Positions 39,098 through 48,793 of a stretch of DNA of 56,610 nt are shown piece by piece. Numbering within the stretch: position 1 is the first letter of the stretch; every line of letters starts with the position of its first letter. Where the stretch lies: contig JAFLUP010000004.1 in assembly GCA_022508745.1 (NCBI GenBank), forward strand, positions 1 to 56,610, written 5' to 3'. Both the position numbers and the translations under genes were made by a program. The DNA comes from Oscillospiraceae bacterium (lineage in GTDB: Bacteria; Bacillota; Clostridia; Oscillospirales; CAG-382). A model generated the notes under the pieces. That model did no database searches, was not told where the DNA came from, and saw nothing but the letters and a program-made list of their open reading frames with translations.

Positions 39098-40504
39098 TTA
39101 TAACTCTTCTCTCCTTCCCAGCGTTTTTTTCGGGATGGCGAGCAGGAAGTCCTCCATCCCGCGGGGATGAAGGGGAGACAGCGGGGAGAGGTAAGGCGCT
39201 CCGAAGCTGTCCATCTGCGCCGTCAGCGCCACCAAAAGCACCATGCCCAGCGCGATGCCGGGGAACCCGAACAGCTCCGCTGCGAACAGAAAGAGGAAGC
39301 GCAACAGCACGGTGGCGTACATATAAACCGGTACAATAAACGCACAGACCGCGGAGAGCGCCACCGTCATGATGACCAGCGAGGACGCAAGACCTGCGCC
39401 CACCGCTGCGTCGCCCAGAATGATGGAAGCCACGATGCCCACTGCGTCGCCCACCGTGCGGGGCATACGCACGCCCACTTCCCGCACCAGCTCAAACACG
39501 GCGAGACACGCAACACATTCCCAGAATAAAGTGAGCGGGAGATCCTTTCGCCCTTCCAGTAATTGCTCCCGTAACCCACCCGGCATCAACGTCGGATGAA
39601 ACTCTCCGATGGCAACCACAAGCGCCGGAAGGAACAGGGAAAGCAGCACGGAGAAGAAGCGCAAAAAACGGATCGCCGTGGCGTAGTACGGCGTGCGCAG
39701 ATAGTCCTCCGCCGATTGGATGCTTTCCGCAAAGACGTACGGCACGGTCAGCACGAAAGGGGAGCCGTCCACGATCACGCCCACCCGTCCGGCGAGCAGC
39801 TTGGACGCGACTTTATCCACCTTTTCGGTGCTTCCCATCATGGGGAAGAGCGGGGAACGTCGCCCTTGCAGCAGCATTTCCAGATTGCCGGAATCCATGA
39901 TCGCTTCTGCGCGAAGCGAGGCGATTCGGCGGGACAGATCATCTACCACCGTCTGATCCGCACGCCCTTCCAGATATGCGAGGGTGATGCGCGTGGCGGA
40001 GAGCTTGCCCACGGTCAGCGAGACGAACTTCAGCTTCCCGGTGCGAAGATACTGCCGCAGCAGCGTCATGTTCTTTTCCGCGTCCTCCAGAAAGCCCAGA
40101 CGGGGACCGCGGACGGTGACATCGCTGTCCGGCTCCTCCACGCTTCGAGAGAGACCCGCCTGCACGTTGGCAAGGCAGAACTGTCCGCCGCTTTCCGCGT
40201 CCACTGCGAGGAATACGTCCCCCCGCAGCATAGCGTCGAAAACTTCCGGCATACTTTTCGGCGTTCTCAATGAGCCGCAGCGCAGAACCTCTCCGTAGTT
40301 TCCGTCGAACGTGTTTTGCTTCAGGGCGGTCAGCAGCGGGCGAAGCACCAGTTCGCCCAGCGCTCCCCGTTCGCTCATCCCCTTGAAACAGGCGATGGTC
40401 AGGCGGTGAGAACCTGCCTGCATCTGCCGCAGGGTGAAGTCGGCACAGTCCGCAAACTCCCTTTGCAGTGCCGTGATCGCTTCGTCATACCCGATCGTAA
40501 GCAT
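39098..40504 (-). CDS. GerA-family spore germination protein (A subunit / SpoVAF-like)
   Basis: RSVEEP..VRGPRLGF, TEKVD, VDGSPFVLTVP, EVGVRMP...IILGDAAV, SFGAPYLSPL. Confidence 0.9.
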   Translation of the reverse strand: MLTIGYDEAITALQREFADCADFTLRQMQAGSHRLTIACFKGMSERGALGELVLRPLLTALKQNTFDGNYGEVLRCGSLRTPKSMPEVFDAMLRGDVFLAVDAESGGQFCLANVQAGLSRSVEEPDSDVTVRGPRLGFLEDAEKNMTLLRQYLRTGKLKFVSLTVGKLSATRITLAYLEGRADQTVVDDLSRRIASLRAEAIMDSGNLEMLLQGRRSPLFPMMGSTEKVDKVASKLLAGRVGVIVDGSPFVLTVPYVFAESIQSAEDYLRTPYYATAIRFLRFFSVLLSLFLPALVVAIGEFHPTLMPGGLREQLLEGRKDLPLTLFWECVACLAVFELVREVGVRMPRTVGDAVGIVASIILGDAAVGAGLASSLVIMTVALSAVCAFIVPVYMYATVLLRFLFLFAAELFGFPGIALGMVLLVALTAQMDSFGAPYLSPLSPLHPRGMEDFLLAIPKKTLGRREEL

Positions 40505-40535
40505 GTAACTCCTCCAAACGATGCTTTTTGTGTAA

Positions 40536-40564
40536 AGTATTGCCGGAGATGCGTTTCCCTAACG
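40536..40564 (-). promoter_or_regulatory. putative forespore (sigma-F/G-like) promoter for the gerA-like gene
   Basis: Minus strand CGTTA-N15-GGCAATACT upstream of the GGAGGAG RBS. Confidence 0.4.
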
Positions 40565-40660
40565 GAAAAGGGGAGTAAAAGGCAAAAAAAGGCTTGACGG
40601 AATTGGGAAATAGGAATATAATAGAAGTTGAAAGAGTTCCGGAAAGGAAGGACGTTATCA

Positions 40661-42274
40661 TTGATCGAATTGGGAAAACATAAAAAGCTGACCGCGGCCG
40701 TTGCAGTTATCCTGTTGCTGCCGCTGTTGCTGATTCTTTGGTACGGCGTGCAGATCTGGAGCGGCGCATCCGCGTTCAGGGGCATTTCCGAGATCCGCAT
40801 GGTGCTCCCGGACGGAAAGGAATTCCAATGGAAGGAATCGGAGGAAGTTTCCTTTTATACCGGTATTCTGGATCATTCCTCGGTGATCGAGCGCCCGGTG
40901 CGGGAGGTGGAGGAGGAAACGCCGATCTCGCTGTTTTTGGATCAGACGGAATATTTCCTGTATCCCTCTTTAAGCACCGCCGGCTGCATGGTGCGGACGC
41001 CGGAGGGGAAGTACCGCCTGTTTGCCGCAGAGGACGCCACCGCCATGCTGGTGCGGACGGAGATGGAATACCTGTATGCGTCCTATCGTCTGCCCTCGCT
41101 GACCGTCTGTTCCGGCGACTATCGGTATTCCATTCTGCCTAACGGCTATACATGGAACTATAAGAAAGCGGACGGCGTCTACTACAAGGATCTGCTTACC
41201 GAAACCTCGGAAGAGATCGTCTCCTGCAATCTGTTTGCGGACTTTGAAAATGATCTTTCCTTTTCGATGCATCCCACCAACTACAGCCTGAACATTCGCG
41301 AGATCGCGGACGGAGAGGAGCACCCCGAAATCTCTTCTTTGGCAGGGCTGCAATTTCCGCAAGACACGCTCATCAGCGTGGAGATTACCGCCAAATGGAG
41401 CCAGGCAAGCAATTCGGAACAGTACGGCGAAGCGACCTATCGCTTTACGGCGCTGTACGACGTTCCGGCGCAGGTGGAGGCCATCGGCGCCAACGAAAAC
41501 GGCGATAAGACGGTGGCGGCGGGCGGCTACGTGCTGCTGCGCGCGCTGTATACCAATGCAAACGAGGATCTGACGGTCACAACCGATCTCTGGGACGGAT
41601 CCGTGCAGTTCTATTATGACGAGGAGGTCCGGAGCAGCTACGCGGCGCTCCCGGTCCCGAAAGAAACGGAACCCGGGGAGTACACCATCACCGTGACCTC
41701 CGGGGAAACGGTACGTTCCATTCCCGTCCACGTTACGGAGAGACCGGCGGACGAGATGCATACCTTCGCCGTCAGCGACGCGGATTATGAGACGTTCCTC
41801 TCGCCCGTACAATTGGAACGCCTTGGCGCGATGCTGCGGCAACTGCGGAGTGGCTCGACGGGCATGCCGCACATGAATCCGGATCTTCTGTTCGTTGAAC
41901 CGGTGAGCGGGGAAGTGTACCTTCCCTTCGGCAGCACTGCGGTCATCGGCAACAGCGCGGCGGAAGGCACCGGTATGAAATCGCTGGAGGGCACGCTCTA
42001 TACCGCGCCGGAGGGCACGGAGGTTCGTGCGGTGCAAAGCGGCGTCTGCGTCTTTGCAGGGAACCTCGGCGCGTTCGGAACCTCCGTTGTGATCGACCAC
42101 GGCTGCGGCATTTTCAGCTATTATTACCATCTGGGGGAGAGCAACGTCTCCACGGGGGACACGGTTTTGCGTTCCACGGCGGTCGGGACCGTCGGGAAGA
42201 GCGGATTCACGGGAGAGGACTCGCCGCTCTTGCATTTTGCTCTTTCTGTAGGAGGGGAATATGTATCCCCGTAG
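40661..42274 (+). CDS. membrane-anchored protein with a C-terminal degenerate M23 (LytM) domain
   Basis: N-terminal TM; GTEVRAVQSG, GTSVVIDHGCG..YYHL, GKSG, LLHF; start codon uncertain (40628 or 40661). Confidence 0.75.
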   Translation: MIELGKHKKLTAAVAVILLLPLLLILWYGVQIWSGASAFRGISEIRMVLPDGKEFQWKESEEVSFYTGILDHSSVIERPVREVEEETPISLFLDQTEYFLYPSLSTAGCMVRTPEGKYRLFAAEDATAMLVRTEMEYLYASYRLPSLTVCSGDYRYSILPNGYTWNYKKADGVYYKDLLTETSEEIVSCNLFADFENDLSFSMHPTNYSLNIREIADGEEHPEISSLAGLQFPQDTLISVEITAKWSQASNSEQYGEATYRFTALYDVPAQVEAIGANENGDKTVAAGGYVLLRALYTNANEDLTVTTDLWDGSVQFYYDEEVRSSYAALPVPKETEPGEYTITVTSGETVRSIPVHVTERPADEMHTFAVSDADYETFLSPVQLERLGAMLRQLRSGSTGMPHMNPDLLFVEPVSGEVYLPFGSTAVIGNSAAEGTGMKSLEGTLYTAPEGTEVRAVQSGVCVFAGNLGAFGTSVVIDHGCGIFSYYYHLGESNVSTGDTVLRSTAVGTVGKSGFTGEDSPLLHFALSVGGEYVSP

Positions 42275-42983
42275 CGAATTTGCGGGCAAAGTCGCTGTGG
42301 TGACGGGTGGTGCGCGGGGCATCGGGAAATGCATCTGCGAGCAGTTTGCGGCGCAAGGTGTGTCCGTCTGCATCATCGACTTGCTGGAAAACCCGTATTT
42401 TCAGGGGGATCTTTCCAAACGGGAGTCACTGGAGCGCTTCGCCTGCCGCGTGATCGACGACTACGGACGTGTGGATTTCCTCATCAACAACGCGGCGCCT
42501 TTGAGCAAAGGGCTGCCGGACGGATCCTACGACGAGTTTGCCTATGCGCTTGCCGTGGGCGTGACCGCACCTTATTATCTGACAAAGCTGTTTTTGCCCT
42601 ACTTCGCGCCCGGCGCGAGCATCGTCAACATTTCCTCCAGCCGGGACCGCATGAGTCAGCCCGGCACGGAGAGCTACACCGCGGCAAAGGGAGGTATCCA
42701 TGCGCTGACCCACGGGATGGCGGTCAGTCTTGCGGGAAAGGTTCGCGTGAACTCCATCTCCCCCGGTTGGATCGAGACCGCCGGAGTGACTTACGACGGC
42801 GCGGACGCTTCCCAGCACCCCGCCGGCAGAGTGGGGAAACCGGAGGATATCGCCAATATGGTGCTCTACCTTTGCTCCGAGCAATCGGGGTTCATCACCG
42901 GCGAGAATATCTGTATTGACGGCGGCATGACCCGCCAAATGATCTACCACAACGATTTCGGCTGGAATTTGCATAAGGAGTAA
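42261..42983 (+). CDS. SDR-family oxidoreductase
   Basis: TGGARGIG, INNA, YTAAK, NSISPGWI. Confidence 0.92.
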   Translation: MYPRSEFAGKVAVVTGGARGIGKCICEQFAAQGVSVCIIDLLENPYFQGDLSKRESLERFACRVIDDYGRVDFLINNAAPLSKGLPDGSYDEFAYALAVGVTAPYYLTKLFLPYFAPGASIVNISSSRDRMSQPGTESYTAAKGGIHALTHGMAVSLAGKVRVNSISPGWIETAGVTYDGADASQHPAGRVGKPEDIANMVLYLCSEQSGFITGENICIDGGMTRQMIYHNDFGWNLHKE

Positions 42984-42988
42984 TCTAC

Positions 42989-43606
42989 ATGAACGTCCTA
43001 CTCATCAACGGAAGCCCCCGCGCCAACGGCAACACCGCCCTCGCTCTGCGAGAGATGGAGCAGATCTTTGCGGCACAGGGGATCGAAACGGAAACGGTGC
43101 AGGTGGGGCATCTGCCTATCCGGGGCTGTATCGGCTGCGGGCAGTGCGCCCAACGCGGAAAATGTGTGTTCGACGATATTGTAAATGAGATCGCGCCGAA
43201 GTTTGCCGCCTGCGACGGTCTGGTGGTGGGCAGTCCTGTTTACTATGCTTCCGCCAACGCCACGTTGGTGGCGCTTCTGACCCGTCTGTTTTACAGCGCT
43301 CCGATCAATAAAACCATGAAAGTGGGCGCGAGCGTCGTGGTGGCGCGGCGCGGCGGACTTTCCGCTACCTTTGACGAACTGAACAAGTTCTTCACCATCA
43401 GCGGCATGCCCGTCGCTTCCAGCCAGTATTGGAACAGTGTCCACGGGCAGAAGCCGGGGGAAGCGGCGCAGGATGCGGAAGGGATGCAGACCATACGCAC
43501 ACTGGCGAACAACATGGCGTTCCTGATGAAGAGCATCGCACTGGGGAAAGAGGCTTTTGGTCTCCCGGAAACGGAACCGAAGCAGCGGACCAATTTCATT
43601 CGATAA
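42989..43606 (+). CDS. flavodoxin-like iron-sulfur flavoprotein / NAD(P)H-FMN reductase family
   Basis: NGSPRANGNT, CIGCGQCAQRGKC, GSPVY, RRGG. Confidence 0.88.
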   Translation: MNVLLINGSPRANGNTALALREMEQIFAAQGIETETVQVGHLPIRGCIGCGQCAQRGKCVFDDIVNEIAPKFAACDGLVVGSPVYYASANATLVALLTRLFYSAPINKTMKVGASVVVARRGGLSATFDELNKFFTISGMPVASSQYWNSVHGQKPGEAAQDAEGMQTIRTLANNMAFLMKSIALGKEAFGLPETEPKQRTNFIR

Positions 43607-43627
43607 ACGGAAAGGACGTGCAATCCC

Positions 43628-44191
43628 ATGAGAAAAAATTTCGGAGCAAAGCCTTATACCTATCCGCAGCCGGTGTTTATCGTCGCTTCCTACGACGAAA
43701 ACGGAACGCCGGACGCAATGAACGCCGCGTGGGGCGGGATCAGCGACGATACGCAGCTTTCCCTCTGCTTGAGCGCGGGGCATAAGACCGTCAAGAATAT
43801 TCAAGCGCGGGGTGCGTTCACCGTCAGCATGGCTATTGCGAAGTATGTGGTCGCCTGCGATTACGTGGGGATCGTCTCCGCCAATGACGAGCCGGATAAG
43901 CTGAAGATTGCCGGCTTCCACACCGTAAAAAGCGAGTTCGTGGATGCGCCGCTGCTGGAAGAACTCCCCATGGCGCTGGAATGTAAGCTGGTCAGCTACG
44001 ATCCCGTCTCCTGCCGTCTGGTAGGCGAGATCGTCAACGTCAGCGCGGATGAGTCCGTCCTCGGGGAGAACGGCAAGATCGATCCCGCAAAGTTGGATCC
44101 CATCACCTTTGACCCGGTTAACGGCACGTATCTGCGGCTGGGCGAGAAGGTGGGGAACGCTTTCCGTGATGGCTTACAGTTGAAAAAGTGA
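43628..44191 (+). CDS. flavin reductase-like (flavoredoxin) protein
   Basis: YPQPVFIV, AMNAAWG, HKTVKNI, LECKL, GEIVNV. Confidence 0.85.
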   Translation: MRKNFGAKPYTYPQPVFIVASYDENGTPDAMNAAWGGISDDTQLSLCLSAGHKTVKNIQARGAFTVSMAIAKYVVACDYVGIVSANDEPDKLKIAGFHTVKSEFVDAPLLEELPMALECKLVSYDPVSCRLVGEIVNVSADESVLGENGKIDPAKLDPITFDPVNGTYLRLGEKVGNAFRDGLQLKK

Positions 44192-44200
44192 GGGAAAACT

Positions 44201-44968
44201 ATGATTTCCATTGATCTTTCCGGGAAGACAGCGCTTGTCACCGGCGCGTCCGGCGAACTGGGGCGCGTGATGGCGCGGACGCTTGCAAAAGCGGGTGCGG
44301 ACATGATCCTGCACTACTATCACAATGCCGAAAAAGCGGAAAAGCTGGCGGCAGAGCTGCGGGAAAACGGTACGCGCTGCATGACGGTCTGCGCCGACGT
44401 GGGCGACCTGCAAAGCGTGCTCGCCATGCGGGACGAGGTGGCGAAATCCTTCACCATGCCGGACATCATCGTGGACAACGCGGTGGTGCAGCTGGCAAGC
44501 TGGATGCCCGTTCTGGAGCAGCCCATCGAGGACTACGAGAGTCAGTTCAAGAGCTGCGTTCTGCAAAATGTGAACATGGCGAAAGCCTTCCTCCCCGCGA
44601 TGATCGAAAAGGGCTGGGGGCGCATGATCGGCACGAATACCGAGTGTGCCATGCAGTGCTTTGAGGGGCAATCCGCCTACGATTCCGGCAAGCGGGGCAT
44701 GGATGGCGTCATGCGCGTTCTGGCGCGGGAGGTAGGCAAATACGGGATCACCGTCAATCAGGTGGCGCCGGGGTATACCATCTCTGACCGGGATCGGGCG
44801 AACCATACCGAGGTCCTGCCGGAAAGCGACGCCCGGATTCCGCTGCGTCGGCGCGGCACCGATCAGGAGGTCGCCAATGCGGTGCTGTTCCTCGCCTCTG
44901 ACCTTGCGTCGTATATCACGGGCACCTATCTGCCGGTCTGCGGCGGGAACGTCATGCCCACTATCTAA
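44201..44968 (+). CDS. SDR-family oxidoreductase (FabG-like)
   Basis: TGASGELG, YDSGK, GITVNQVAPG, SYITG. Confidence 0.9.
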   Translation: MISIDLSGKTALVTGASGELGRVMARTLAKAGADMILHYYHNAEKAEKLAAELRENGTRCMTVCADVGDLQSVLAMRDEVAKSFTMPDIIVDNAVVQLASWMPVLEQPIEDYESQFKSCVLQNVNMAKAFLPAMIEKGWGRMIGTNTECAMQCFEGQSAYDSGKRGMDGVMRVLAREVGKYGITVNQVAPGYTISDRDRANHTEVLPESDARIPLRRRGTDQEVANAVLFLASDLASYITGTYLPVCGGNVMPTI

Positions 44969-45024
44969 AACCGTATCAACAACGAAAAGGACGACGGGAG
45001 TTCCCCGTCGTCCTTGTTTGCTTG

Positions 45025-45618
45025 TTAATGCAGATTTCGACTTTGCACCCATGATAGATAATGGTGCTCATCATCTAATTCATAGGGGTATTCCAATTTG
45101 GATGTGAAGTGGTCGATGATATAAACCGCTTCTTGAAAAACTTCTTCCTTACTTTTCCCGGCTACATCGATCTGTACTTCGTTTGGCAGAAGCTTTCTGC
45201 GCATAATGACCTCGTTGTATCGCTCTACGCTATCTAACGCAAATAGACCGCCTTCATGGGTGTGTCGATGAATCATTTGCTGTCGAATCTGCTCTGGGTT
45301 GCTGGATATCAATTTCAGAATGATGAAGCGATACCCTTTAAACAGAAGCGGAAGTTCTCTTGCTCTGATATCATCAAAATCCAAAGCGACGATATTACGA
45401 TGTCCGTTCTTGTAAAAGAACTCCAATTGCAGCAGGACATTTTCCCAACAGAGCTGTTCCTCGTAGATCCCGCCGTCTTCGACCGTTTCTGGGATCATAA
45501 ACTCGGGAACCATGTTCTGTTCCAAATAGACGCCGTTGTAATGTTGATACAATTCTTTTGCCAATGTGGTTTTTCCCACTGCGCTGGGACCAATCAAAAA
45601 GATAAAATCCATTGACAT
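45025..45618 (-). CDS. P-loop nucleotide-kinase-like protein in an AT-richer segment
   Basis: LIGPSAVGKTT Walker A; start codon uncertain. Confidence 0.75.
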   Translation of the reverse strand: MSMDFIFLIGPSAVGKTTLAKELYQHYNGVYLEQNMVPEFMIPETVEDGGIYEEQLCWENVLLQLEFFYKNGHRNIVALDFDDIRARELPLLFKGYRFIILKLISSNPEQIRQQMIHRHTHEGGLFALDSVERYNEVIMRRKLLPNEVQIDVAGKSKEEVFQEAVYIIDHFTSKLEYPYELDDEHHYLSWVQSRNLH

Positions 45619-45640
45619 CGTTCTCACTCATCTTTATGTT

Positions 45641-46177
45641 TCAGTGATCCAACACCGTGCCGAACAACATCGGGTGCAAATACCATGTTCCGTCGATCAA
45701 CAGCACTTCGTAAACGACTTCCGTTTGTACCTCGTCGAACGGCCCCGTATGGTACACCGTGACATGGATCCGCGCCGCTTCGCTTACTGTCGGTAGGGTG
45801 AAGGAAAAGCTGTCGAGACGATTGTATTGGTATTCCCCAGTGAACTGCGAAGGGGCGCATAGCTCGGTTCCCGTTAACTCATAGCGGATCGTGCAGTCCT
45901 CTCCGTAGTGTTCGCGGTTGTGCACATTTGCCGCAGCCAGCAGCGCTTCCACGGTTTCCGGCATATCCGGGTACGCCTCCCGGTATGTACGACAGAAGTC
46001 CGGCGGAAACGCCGATTCATAAGAAGCGACGCTTTCGGTTTTCAATGCTTCCAGAACACGGTCCAGCGGAACGGTTCTTTCATCCCCGATGCTCTCTTCC
46101 GGTTCTTTTTTGCAGCCGCAAAGCAACAGCACCAACAGGAACAACAGCGCAATGCCTTTATGCTTCATCTGCGTCAT
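45641..46177 (-). CDS. hypothetical lipoprotein
   Basis: MKHKGIALLFLLVLLLCGC lipobox; overlaps the ftsK 3' end. Confidence 0.7.
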   Translation of the reverse strand: MTQMKHKGIALLFLLVLLLCGCKKEPEESIGDERTVPLDRVLEALKTESVASYESAFPPDFCRTYREAYPDMPETVEALLAAANVHNREHYGEDCTIRYELTGTELCAPSQFTGEYQYNRLDSFSFTLPTVSEAARIHVTVYHTGPFDEVQTEVVYEVLLIDGTWYLHPMLFGTVLDH

Positions 46178-48764
46178 CCGCCTCTTTCATGCGCATTTCC
46201 ATCAATTCTTCGCGGGTGATGAGGATGCGACGCTTTTTGGTGGCGGAGTCAAACTCGCCGATGTAGCCTTTTTGCTCCATCACGCTGACGATGCGTGCCG
46301 CGCGGGCGTAGCCCAGCCCGAGACGGGTTTGCAGCATGGAAGTGGAAACATTTTGCGTGTCGATGGCCATTTCCAGCGCTTCCAAAAACTTCTCGTCCAG
46401 CTTCGGCTCGTTTCCGCCTTCTTCGCCTTCTTCCCCGCGGCGGGAACGCTTCGGTACGCCGCAGAGCTTGGCCTCTTTTTCGATCTCGGACATAATTTCT
46501 TCGTTATAGGAAGCGGATGCCGCTTGCTTGATGAATTCCGTAACGGCGACTACCTCGTTCTTGCCGTCCACGAACGCGCCCTGCACGCGGATGGGCTTCA
46601 TCGCGGTGACGGGGTAGTACAGCATATCGCCGCGCCCCAGCAGCTTTTCTGCGCCCACTTGGTCCAGAATGGTACGAGAGTCCATTTGCGACGCAACCGT
46701 AAAGGAAATACGGGAGGGGATGTTCGCTTTGATCAGACCGGTGATGACGTCCACGGAGGGGCGCTGCGTACCGATGACCAGATGGATCCCGGCGGCACGG
46801 GCTTTTTGCGCCAGACGGCAGATGGAGGTTTCCACGTCGTCTTTGGCGGTCATCATCAGATCCGCCAGCTCGTCGATGAAGATGACGATGTACGGCTGCT
46901 GTTCCCGTTCGGGATCGTCCTTGACGATGCTGTTGTATTCTACCAGATTCTTTGCGGCGACTTCCTGAATCAGGCTGTAACGCTTCTCCATCTCCACGCA
47001 CGCCCAGTTGAGGGTGCCCGCCGCCTTCTTGGCGTCGTTGATAACCGGCACCAGCAGATGCGGGATGCCGTTGTAATCCGCCATTTCCACCTTCTTCGGG
47101 TCGATCATGATGAACTTCACTTCGTCCGGTGAAACATGGTAGAGCAGGGAAATGATCAGGGAATTCATGCAGACGGATTTACCCATACCCGTCGCGCCCG
47201 CGATCATCAGATGCGGCATTTTGCCGATGTCCAGATAGACGGGATTGCCGGAAACATCCTCGCCCAGCGCCGTCACCAGCCGGCTCTTGTTATCGCGGAA
47301 CTGGCTGTTTTCGATCAGGCTGCGTAGACGTACGGTGGAAGCGGCAGGGTTCGGAATCTCAATGCCCAGCGCTCCTTTGCCGGGAATGTTCTCCACGCGC
47401 ACGGAGGAAGCGGAGAGATGCAGCGCCAGATCGTCGGAAAGGTTCGAAATCTGCTTGACCCGCACGCCGGTTTCCGGCTGCAGCTCATAGCGGGTGACGG
47501 TCGGTCCGAAGGACGCGCCGATGACGTGCGCCTTGACCTTGAAGCTGTTCAGCACCGCTTCCAATCTGCGGCTGGTCTTTTCCACGTCCGCAGGGGTTGG
47601 TTTCGGCGTCAATCCGTCGTCAGGCGCCAGCAGGGAAATGGGAGGGAAGACATACGGCGCTTTCTCGGTGTCATGCAGCTCCAGAGGCTCCGCCGCAGGC
47701 GTTTCCTCCTCAAAGGGAAGCGTATCCTCCTCAAATGGAAGCGTTTCACCCGGATCGTCGTCGAGATCGGGGAGCGGCTCCAGCGGAGGCTCGTCCGGGA
47801 TCGGAATTTCCTCTATGATCGGTTCTTCCGGTTCCTTTTTCGGTTCCGCTTTCGGCTCGAAGGGAGTACCTGCCGCGGTTTCTTTGGGCGTTTCTGTTCC
47901 GAACAGCTCCGTCGGCACGCGGTTAAAGACCTCCTCCTGTTCCTCATCCGGGAACAGGAAGCGGTGGTCGTCCTCTTTTGCCTTTACACCGTCGGTGATC
48001 TCGCGGTCGTCCACAAGCACGGTCGGGATCTTGCCCTTCTTGCCCTTTTTCTCTTTCTGCGGGGCGGGCGCCGGACGGGAAGATGCGGTATGCGGCTCTT
48101 CATAAGAGTCTTCCGACCTCTCCTCCGTTTTCGGCAGGGAGACGTTGCGGAAAAAGCGGATGATGGCACGAACGGTCGCCATGGGGGTGCTGCCGCAGAG
48201 CAAAACCATGCAGATGAACAGCCCCAGTGAGGAAAAGATGGTGGCGGCGATCCAGCCGATGGCATTTGCCAGCAGTGCGCAGAAGAATCCGCCGATGGCG
48301 CCGCCGGACTTGTGATCGATGCCTTTTGCATACAAGTTATCAAAGGATTTCACTGCTTCCCCGAAGGTTTGTCCGTCGGTAGGCTGCACGGAGAGGATGT
48401 GGGTCAAGAGGAGCAGAAACAGGAACGCCGCACACGCAAACACCGTCCGGCTCGCCGCTGCGCCGTTTTCCTTGCTTTTCCCGTAACTGAACACAATGAG
48501 CAGAAGCAGGAAGGGGAACATATAGTAGCCGAAGCCGAACAACCCCTGCACGATATCCCGCACGCCGCCGAGGAACCCGTGATCAATTTGCGGGAAAAAG
48601 GTCAAGATCAGAAAAATGGCGAAAAAGCCCACCAAAAAGCGGGCAACTACGCCGTAAATGGCACTGTTCTCGCGTGTATTCTGCGCACTGCTCGACGCGG
48701 TTTTCGATGCGCTTTTTCCACGCGCAGCAGTGGACTTCTTTTTTGATTTCCTGTTTGTTGCCAT
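46158..48764 (-). CDS. ftsK: FtsK/SpoIIIE DNA translocase
   Basis: N-terminal TMs, acidic Pro linker, GPTVTRYE, PHLMIAGATGMGKS, IDELADLMM, TQRPSVDVITG, GAEKLLGRGDML, gamma domain GYARAARI. Confidence 0.96.
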   Translation of the reverse strand: MATNRKSKKKSTAARGKSASKTASSSAQNTRENSAIYGVVARFLVGFFAIFLILTFFPQIDHGFLGGVRDIVQGLFGFGYYMFPFLLLLIVFSYGKSKENGAAASRTVFACAAFLFLLLLTHILSVQPTDGQTFGEAVKSFDNLYAKGIDHKSGGAIGGFFCALLANAIGWIAATIFSSLGLFICMVLLCGSTPMATVRAIIRFFRNVSLPKTEERSEDSYEEPHTASSRPAPAPQKEKKGKKGKIPTVLVDDREITDGVKAKEDDHRFLFPDEEQEEVFNRVPTELFGTETPKETAAGTPFEPKAEPKKEPEEPIIEEIPIPDEPPLEPLPDLDDDPGETLPFEEDTLPFEEETPAAEPLELHDTEKAPYVFPPISLLAPDDGLTPKPTPADVEKTSRRLEAVLNSFKVKAHVIGASFGPTVTRYELQPETGVRVKQISNLSDDLALHLSASSVRVENIPGKGALGIEIPNPAASTVRLRSLIENSQFRDNKSRLVTALGEDVSGNPVYLDIGKMPHLMIAGATGMGKSVCMNSLIISLLYHVSPDEVKFIMIDPKKVEMADYNGIPHLLVPVINDAKKAAGTLNWACVEMEKRYSLIQEVAAKNLVEYNSIVKDDPEREQQPYIVIFIDELADLMMTAKDDVETSICRLAQKARAAGIHLVIGTQRPSVDVITGLIKANIPSRISFTVASQMDSRTILDQVGAEKLLGRGDMLYYPVTAMKPIRVQGAFVDGKNEVVAVTEFIKQAASASYNEEIMSEIEKEAKLCGVPKRSRRGEEGEEGGNEPKLDEKFLEALEMAIDTQNVSTSMLQTRLGLGYARAARIVSVMEQKGYIGEFDSATKKRRILITREELMEMRMKEADDADEA

Positions 48765-48793
48765 TGTCCCTGTTTGTGTCCGTACCTTTCTCT

